Shown here: positions 60,411-64,000 of the stretch, one piece after another
Position numbering within the stretch: the first letter of the stretch is position 1
How the letters are laid out: each line of letters starts with the position of its first letter
DNA from: Klebsormidium nitens
Lineage: Eukaryota; Plantae; Klebsormidiophyceae
Direction: 5' to 3'
Assembly: GCA_000708835.1 (NCBI GenBank)
Contig: DF236990.1
Span: 124,001-188,000 of the forward strand
DNA: 64,000 nucleotides
Notes under the pieces: model-generated
The model's database searches: none
What the model was told of the DNA's origin: nothing
Seen by the model: the letters and a program-made list of their open reading frames with translations, nothing else
Translations under genes and position numbers: made by a program

Positions 60411-63400
60411 TTGCTCTGATTGCTTGGTATAGTAGCTGCAAGCTCTGCTAAGGAGTTCACCCAATCTGTGTAGAATAAACATCTTGTTTGCAAAGACTGC
60501 TTTCTTTTGGTATTACTGGTAGGCCCTTGCAGGCAGTGAGGGATCATTGTGTAGGTCGGCTTCTGCTAGCACAGGGACTAGCAACAGGTCCTGCTCGGCC
60601 TGAGCAAAGCTAGGATAGTTCCACATGCTGAACGCTGAAGTACAAATACGCGTAATTGTACTTCAACACAGGTGATATGATAACTGCAAGTTGACTTCCT
60701 TCTTCTGGGTCACACTTTCATTCAAAGACGACTTTCGAGTGAGTTGCTTGCTTCAGAGAATGTCAGCAGTGAAAGTTCTCATTTATGCCCCCAGTCTGGG
60801 CCTCATTTGGTGATTAGCAGTCTATAAATACAAGTTCATTAGAAGCCGTTTGCTCTGCGTAGGATCTTCAGAGGGGCTGCAGGCCTTGTTTTCATCTGTG
60901 TCATTGCAATTGTTTGGTGGCTTTTGCTTCATTTTGAAGGCAGTTTTGCTGGCGCAGTTCTTCAACTCTTGGTTTTTGGCCGGGCTTTCATTACAGGAAA
61001 GCAAGCCAGATTGCGGACTACTCATTTAAGTTGTTTGCTATTCATCGTTTGTGGTCGTGAGCAGTTGATTGACTTGTAACAAACCTGATCTTTCTGTCTT
61101 CCTCTTGATCTGCTAAAATGTGACGGCGGAGCTTTCCAGCATGAAAGTGCTTTGAAGCCATTGAGAGTACGTTGACATCAGATCAGTGTGTTAGAGCAAT
61201 TGCAAGGTAGTTTGTTGCTCTCTGCCAATCCTCTCTCTTGGACAGGGTACTTGTGTGCATGCACGCCACTATCATTGCGCCTGTGTTTAGCTGGATTTTC
61301 CGAAGGTTCGACATGCGCCACCAATGAACAAACTAATGGATGGTTGTGTGGCCGGGTATCCAACCGGCTATCGTGCATTCATCTATTTGTCAAGGTGCAC
61401 TTTGCTGTATGCGCCATGCACATATGTGCCACTTTCGAAACAGTGCCAATCGATATCGAGAGTAGGTGTATTGTCCACATTGACCTCGTGCCAAACTCGT
61501 TTTTGGCAATATGGCAGCTTGCATACGATTGGATTGGACCGTGGACGCATACATTTGCACAAGTTATCAGGTGACATGATGCCAAATGAGATCTAGCTTC
61601 ACCAACGTGACCGGACGTACGTTGCAGTGGCCGTCACTCCTCGATCATCAGTATCATGTGCTCCTACTTTCATTTCGCACGTCACACCTCGTCGGATCCT
61701 GTACTAACGCATATGGCCTATTATACTTAGTAACTATTGAATTGCGATTATATAACATTTATACGGGCGAGTTCAGGCGCGAGCCTGCTAGCGCCGGTCC
61801 CGGTCCCTACATGCTATATGAACCATGCATGTGGCGAAAATGATTTTAGCTGCCGCGATTGCAGATCGGGGCCCGCGGCCATTGTCGCGCGGCAGCCCGC
61901 GCCGGGGCCCTCAGTGTGCAATGGCACATGTACCGGTACTAACATCCGATCATGCAATGCACATGAGGCCACATGCATGGTACCAAGAATTGTCGCGGCC
62001 GGGACATGCAGGCACCGGCTGTAGGCGCCAGCGGGGCGCGGCCCTGCAGCTCTGGCTATGTAATTTTATATAGGGCACATGCACCGTTACAGCGTCGTGG
62101 CGGGCAGCCGCGCCTGGATAACCGTTACTTACCATTTGTGTCATTGACCATAGCGTTCTAGAAGTAGCGTGCGACCATGCCCCTAACTCAGCCCGGTTGC
62201 TTGATGGAGAAGTGCTCGGGGAATTTGGATAAGATTCGTTTGCAGGATAAGGTTCGGCGGCAGTGTTAGGGGCAGTTGAGCTCCAAACACAAGCACCGGG
62301 AAATCAAATAGCTCCCGACTACTTGTCCGACCATCTATTCACCTTGTTGTTACACTCAGAGTCTACCCTCGGTGAAGTTTCCACCGTGCCTATCGCGACC
62401 GGCCGAGTCGAGTCACAGGCAAAAAATTTGTAATCGACGCCGCCTCTACGAGTTATCGCGCGAGGTTCTAAAGCTACCGCCCAACGTCAAAGTTAATTGC
62501 ACATTACCGTAGAGGCTGAACTCCGTGACCGTACGGTGCCTCTGCGCAGTCTGACAGGTTCGGACCGCGTGGTATATTTGGCGGTCGATACATGCGACGC
62601 GTGGCCTCCGGTAACATTTTGCTCGTGCGGCGGTACGGCAAATTGCACACTGTGCACGCGCAGAGCATTTTTGCCCCGTAATTGTCACTACTTTCTGTCT
62701 GCTGTTTGGATGGGGCACATTTGCGCCGTCGATGGACTTTTTGACGGCTGAAACTACCTTATCCTGCACGGCAATCTTTTTTGAGATCTGGAGTGGTGGC
62801 TTCTGCGGCCTCCGAGTTAGGGGCATGGTCGCGGGCTACTTCTAGAACGCTATGGACTCCCTCTCTCGCTCAGCCTTGAGTCCGAGGCTTCATCCTTCCC
62901 TTAACACATGGTGATTGATTTCAACCGATTGGATCGAACACACTTACCAATCAGTTAGGCACTGTAGATGGTCACCGTCTTACATAACGTGCTCAGTAGC
63001 CGCTCAGCTAGCTCAGCTTCTTCTCTTGGCTCTGTCAATCTAACAAGGCGTTGGATGGCTTATATTTTTCTTATTATTACGGCCTGAACTCGAAGAATGA
63101 TTTCAGTCTATTCTGCACTTAAAATATGTGCTTCTCACCTTGTTTCAAGGGCCACTTGACTGTAACTATCCGATTAAGTCAGTCCTTGCTCGATTTACGC
63201 TACTTTTGCATCCATGTACGCTAAAATATGGCTTGGAAAGGCCGGAGACCTTTGCTGAATTCCGCGTGCATCAATGCCGAGTAATGAAGCCGTTTTATGG
63301 AAGATCAAAGCAGGGGTACTAGTACGGCTTGTAACCTTGAAGCGAAGCTTCGTTCTTTGATCCCTGGCCGTAGTAATCAAGGTACCACTTGACAAAGTGG

Positions 63401-64000
63401 CCTAGTCCAGTCTCGAGGTCAGTGGACGGGTTGTACCTGTGACAAGAAAGACCGATGATTATGTCTCCAAATAGCCGTAAAGTTCTAGTAAGAGCATCTA
63501 GTGCTGGACCACGTTGACTACATCTATAAAAGAGTCATCTTATTTCATCCAAGGAGCTTTCACAATTTTTCGTCCTCTTTCTTTACGCGGCTGAAGCATA
63601 TGACTGCCAACAGAAGTTACCGAAGTAAGCAGAAGCAAAATCGACGAAACTTTGAGAAGTGTCCGCCTACAACAGCAGCGTAGAGCTTCGATCCAGCTTG
63701 CTCTCAGATTTCAATAGCCGATCCGTATTGGTGGCACTGTTCCGCCGCTACTGGCTCTGAACGGAAACATTTGCAACCTTGCAGCGGAACAAACAAGCAG
63801 TACCTGCAGGTTTTATGGATGAAGACCTCTGTCCGTCTCCAATGTCTGATTCAGAAAGGGTATACTAAACCCGAGCTAAAGCGCAGAGAGGCGTGCTCAC
63901 CCAAGCTCATTTCGTGCTCTGGTCACGTTAGCATGCGTGAAGGGGACGTCGCCAGTACTGGGCATCGGAATGTAACTGCGAGCAGGAAACGGAGAGGATT

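Noticed and set aside
62160-64000. Possible gene or element at the window end
   Set aside because: Only short ORFs with no recognisable motifs or coherent exon chain.

Overview
Eukaryotic, intron-rich genomic DNA with GC-rich exons, YAG acceptors and a strong CTGAC branch-point motif. The style suggests a streptophyte/green alga such as Klebsormidium; this is an inference, not an identification. I spliced seven genes by hand with consistent exon phases: the 5' part of an SQD2-like glycosyltransferase (-), a PP2C phosphatase (+), a ~1005-aa coiled-coil protein of unknown family (+), a 2xDOMON-cytochrome b561 gene (+), a PLGG1/LrgB-like transporter (-), a cytochrome b5-fusion sphingolipid delta-8-type desaturase (+) and an NHP6/HMGB-like HMG-box gene (+). 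A second, tandem DOMON-b561 copy carries disabling mutations. There is also a probable decayed response-regulator receiver pseudogene and a ~360-bp MITE-like element. The most striking unexplained structure is a recurrent 'exon-edge echo'. At about 10 exon borders in 5 genes, a ~130-220 bp block containing a splice site plus the adjacent part of the exon is tandemly repeated 1-4 times into the neighbouring intron, as diverged copies. Several copies keep intact splice sites; one is in frame and others would introduce stops.
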